Assembly (NCBI RefSeq): GCF_038025025.1
Contig: NW_027117345.1
Coordinates: forward strand, 2,046,001-2,097,280
Direction of reading: 5' to 3'
Length of the DNA: 51,280 bases
Source of the DNA: Phyllosticta citribraziliensis
Lineage: Eukaryota
Position 1 is the first letter of the stretch. Every line of letters begins with the position of its first letter. The position numbers and the translations under genes were made by a program. Below, piece after piece: positions 47,626-51,280 of the stretch. The notes beneath the pieces were generated by a model. It was not told the DNA's origin. It did not search any database and was given only the letters and a program-made list of their open reading frames with translations.

Positions 47626-49000
47626 GACTAATTAATTTACTATCTACCCTTATATAAATACTATTAACCTTAACTTCTACTCTCTAGTCTCTTCTTTTTA
47701 CTACTTATCCCCTACTTCCCTCTTCTTTACTTTCTACCCTTTACTTCCTTCCTTTTCCCTTCTTCTTATTATAACTATTATTATATAAGATAGTCTCCTC
47801 TAGATCCTCTAGCTTATTAGGTAGGATATTCTACTTAGCTAAAGCCTAATTAGTTTAATCCTCTACCCTAGCTTAGTAGTGTAAGTTCTAGAACTCCTCT
47901 ATATAAATTTTATCTTTATACCTCTTATAATAAGTAGGTAGCTTAGCACCCTTTAAGTTACTAATAGTATAGTCTAAGTTACCTATACCCTAAAGGCAGT
48001 TAGTATAGCAGCCCTATAAGAAACTAGGTAGGTAGTAATAACTAATAAATATATAAGTATTAGTATTATTATAATACTTAGTATAGCTAATAGGGTTATT
48101 AATTCTAGTATACTAGATAAGAAAAGTATTATATAAGCTAGCTTAAGTTTTAACTAATAAGTAGTTAAATTACTAAGTAGAAACTATAATATATAAGTAA
48201 GGTATACTATTACCTAAGGCTAAGATATACTTAGCGCGCTCTTATACTTTAGAACTACTAAGGTATACCTATATAGTTAGTTAGATAAGAATCCCTTATA
48301 TTAGTAAGATAAACTTACTTATATAATACTCTCTATATTCTTATAAGGGATATAAAGCATTAACTTAAAGTCCTACTTAATAGGTACCTTATTAGAGCTA
48401 ACCAGTAATACTATAACGCAAATCTTACTATTACTGCTATTATATAAAGTAGTAGGTAGTAAGTACTTAGCTACTAGAACCTAATAAGCTATAGGATTAT
48501 AATAATAGTATATATAAATAGGCTCTTTACCTTCTTCCTCTAAAATAGGCTGCGTAATAGTGAACTAGTAGTAATGTAGCATAATAGGCTAGTTAGTAGC
48601 AGGCTATATAGCTATAGATGATAAACCTTATAAATAACTAATAATACTAATTAAGTAGAACCTAATACTATAGTATACTATAGGTAAAGTAATAAGCCTA
48701 TAGCTAGTTCCTGGCTAAATAAGTAAAGCCTAGCCTAACTAAGTCTTTATATAAGTATCCTCCTCTATAATTATATTAGTTAGCAAGACGGGATAATAAA
48801 GTAGTAAAACCTAGATATATATACTACTTAATAGCCTGGATAATAATTAGTAATAGTCTAAGAGATAGAATTAAAGTTTACTTACCTTAGGACTCTATAT
48901 AATAGTCCTTATAGATACTACTAGCTAAAATAGCTCTCTAAGTAAGTAGTAACTATAATAGATTATAAATAATACTATATAATAATAACTTAATACTATA
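47620..49000 (-). pseudogene. RIP-mutated antisense accessory ORF with DUF3716-like six-Cys domain; candidate intron 48885-48836; boundaries approximate
   Basis: Minus-strand frame 48148-47969 de-RIPs to RASxxNAFLIQxTG...C-x2-C-x8-F-x2-C-x2-LPGF-x2-GCCANCLW-x6-C; the same frame gives KKKGKGRK at 47767. Confidence 0.7.
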
Positions 49001-49431
49001 ACTCTTATATAATAGTAATAAGTCCTAATAGACCAGACCATAATAAGTAGTAGATATATTAAGTATATAGTAGCTAGGAATATCTACTTTACTATTAGTA
49101 GGGTATAAATTATTTAAATTATTAGAACCTTTATATATAATAGTTAGTTTACTAGATTATAGCTAAATTAGACCAGGGTAATAATATACTTTAATAGGGA
49201 GCTTTAGATATAGCTAAATAAGATAGTAACCTTCTATAGGTCATATAGTAAAAGAGATAGTAATAGAAAAAGAGATAGTATAGTAGTAGCCCTAGACTAA
49301 TAATTATACTTTATAACTATACAGAATACTTAAATTACTAAATCACTACTATTATACATTATAAGTCTACACCTATATAAGTACCTATAGCTACTAATTC
49401 CTATAATTTCAGCTTCTCTTTAGGGGGGGCA

Positions 49432-49854
49432 TATTATAATAGGTATATACATGCCTATATAAGTACTAGGGCCAGTATAGATAAACCTAGCATTATATAG
49501 TTATAAGAAGTATAAGCCTTACCTTAGGTAGTAGCCTATCATAGCTCAGGCTAAAACCCACAGGCTAGTACTAGCTACTACAGCCTAGTACCAGCTACTA
49601 TAGCCCTAGGCAGATACTATATAATAGCCCATTAACACCTCACCTTTATAACTTACCTAATAATAACTAAGGACCCTTATATAAAGGATAAGAGGTAGAA
49701 TAGTATAAAGGAAGGACTAGGAAATATATAGGTAGTAAGTATCTTTTATATTTTATTCTTTTAACTTATTAGATTTAATTAAGATATATATATATTCTCT
49801 AGTAGTTTACCTTTAGCCCTTACCTATATAATGAGAAATCTATAAGTTATAATA
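49432..49854 (+). repeat. 3' LTR
   Basis: Follows the polypurine tract; same length as the 5' LTR; followed by the AGTAC duplication. Confidence 0.95.
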
Positions 49855-51280
49855 AGTACTAACTAGATAACCCCTACTAAAACTTAGGGATAATAGGCTC
49901 CTTAAATATTAAAATTAGCCCTTCTATACTAGCCTAATAATTACCTCTTTATCTATCTTAGTATAGACTACCCCTAATATAGGGTAGACTTCTATACTAT
50001 TATACTCTAGCTCTATAGCCTTCTAGGTACTAATAGTAAGCTAGTTAAGGAAGTAAACCCTATTAAGATAGGTTTTACTCTTACCCCTTCTACCTCTACT
50101 AATATACTAGTAGTAGCCTTTAAGGCTATTAAACTAGAGTTAAGGGATTATCTTAAGTACTATAAGATTAAGTAGGTCTTTTTATAGCTAGCCTTTTAGC
50201 TACTATATATTCCTAAGTATTATATAGGCTTAGATACTAATAACTACCCTATACTAAAGGAAGTCCTTCTTTAGGATATTATTAATACTATCTATAATAC
50301 TATAGGTATTTTACTAATAAATATTACTATATCTATAACAATCTAACTAGATATTTATAGTACTAATTTAGGTATAAGAGTTATCCTATTACTTAGGCTA
50401 TCTATATAGCTAAAGTACCTATCCCCTATAACTACTAAGCTTACTAAGCTTACCCTTAATATCTAATAGCTATACTAGATCCCTATAGGATCTACTACTA
50501 TAGGTAGTAGCTAAAGTAGTTTATAAGTAACCTTACCTATATCTACTATCTATTCTTAATCTATACTCCTAAATCTATAGACCTAATCTATATAGTAATA
50601 AAAGGAAAGGAAAAAATAGGGGAAGGCTTTACTTATTATTATTATCTATTACTATCTACTCTAAAGTCTTATTCTATTTACCCCTATTATCTAAGTAGTA
50701 GATAGCCTTAATATCCTACTTTACCCTAACCTTAGCTATAGCCTTATTATCCTAGGATTACTTACTACTTAAGTACTTAGATTCTAACTAATTAGTAATA
50801 TTAATTACTCTATTACCCTTAGTTTATCTATAGACCTTATATACTATATTATAAATAGCCTTATATATAGTACTATCCTTATTCTAGGTAATATTATTAG
50901 TATTAGACTTATCTTCCTTATTAAATAGGTTAGTTAGGGCTAATATCTTATCCTTAAGGTTAATAACCTCCTTATTATCTATTATACTAAGGTAACTAGT
51001 AATCCTATATTACTTAAGACTTAGCTTATTAGGGTCTAGCTTAGTTCTTATAATCTACTTCTTCTTAGGCTTAATTATAATTATAGGGTTCTTAGGATCC
51101 TTAGTCTTAGGATCCTTATTATTAGGACCCTTATTACTAATAGTTTTTAAGCTATACTAGGGTTTACTATCTATACTAGATCTAGGTATACTAGTAAATA
51201 TACCCTAGTATTATAGTATTAGTATTATAATACTAGATTTACTAGATATTAGGGTAGATAGGGAGCTAGGATAAAAGTAT

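Larger units (their letters stand above)
41647..49854 (+). mobile_element. Full-length (8208 bp) RIP-inactivated Ty3/gypsy chromovirus
   Basis: Two 423-bp LTRs; 5-bp target-site duplication AGTAC (41642-41646 and 49855-49859); polypurine tract AGGGGGGG at 49422-49429; domain order PR-RT-RH-IN-chromo. Confidence 0.96.
41070..50450 (+). mobile_element. RIP-mutated LINE (Tad1/I-like) ORF1 relic split by the gypsy insertion (pieces ~41070-41646 and 49860-~50450)
   Basis: 49933 de-RIPs to P(D/N)(D/N)RLFIRLxxDHPxRRA and, in the same frame, 50041 gives LVKEVNPIKTGFALTP; both resemble fungal LINE ORF1/EKA motifs. TWA at 41624 is in frame once the gypsy and one duplication copy are removed. Outer limits are uncertain. 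Confidence 0.65.
41050..51280. other. AT-rich block of nested transposons mutated by RIP
   Basis: Abrupt switch to TpA-saturated sequence with CpA/TpG and CpG depleted; no ORFs in the supplied track. Confidence 0.97.

Overview
Filamentous ascomycete genomic DNA, Dothideomycete-like (inference from gene style and RIP). Positions 1 to ~41,050 are a GC-balanced block with about 18 mostly intron-containing genes; I traced the exon structures by hand. They include rps22 (hosting an intronic snR44-like H/ACA snoRNA), a histidine-phosphatase/Tfc7-like gene, rpl17 head-to-head with nop1, a divergent chromodomain gene that begins with a histone-H3-like MARTK tail, rps18, sec63, leu2 (with a Leu3/LeuB site), an Alt a 1-like secreted protein, a CYP65-like P450 and spt20. 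From ~41,050 to the end the DNA is AT/TpA-rich and destroyed by RIP. It holds a full-length 8.2-kb chromoviral Ty3/gypsy element (423-bp LTRs, AGTAC target-site duplication) nested in a LINE ORF1 relic. Mentally reversing RIP reveals the most interesting signal: an antisense, apparently intron-containing extra gene in the element's long 3' region, encoding a six-Cys DUF3716-like domain with a basic tail. The element also has a Tf1-type self-priming PBS. No searches were run; family names come from recalled motifs.
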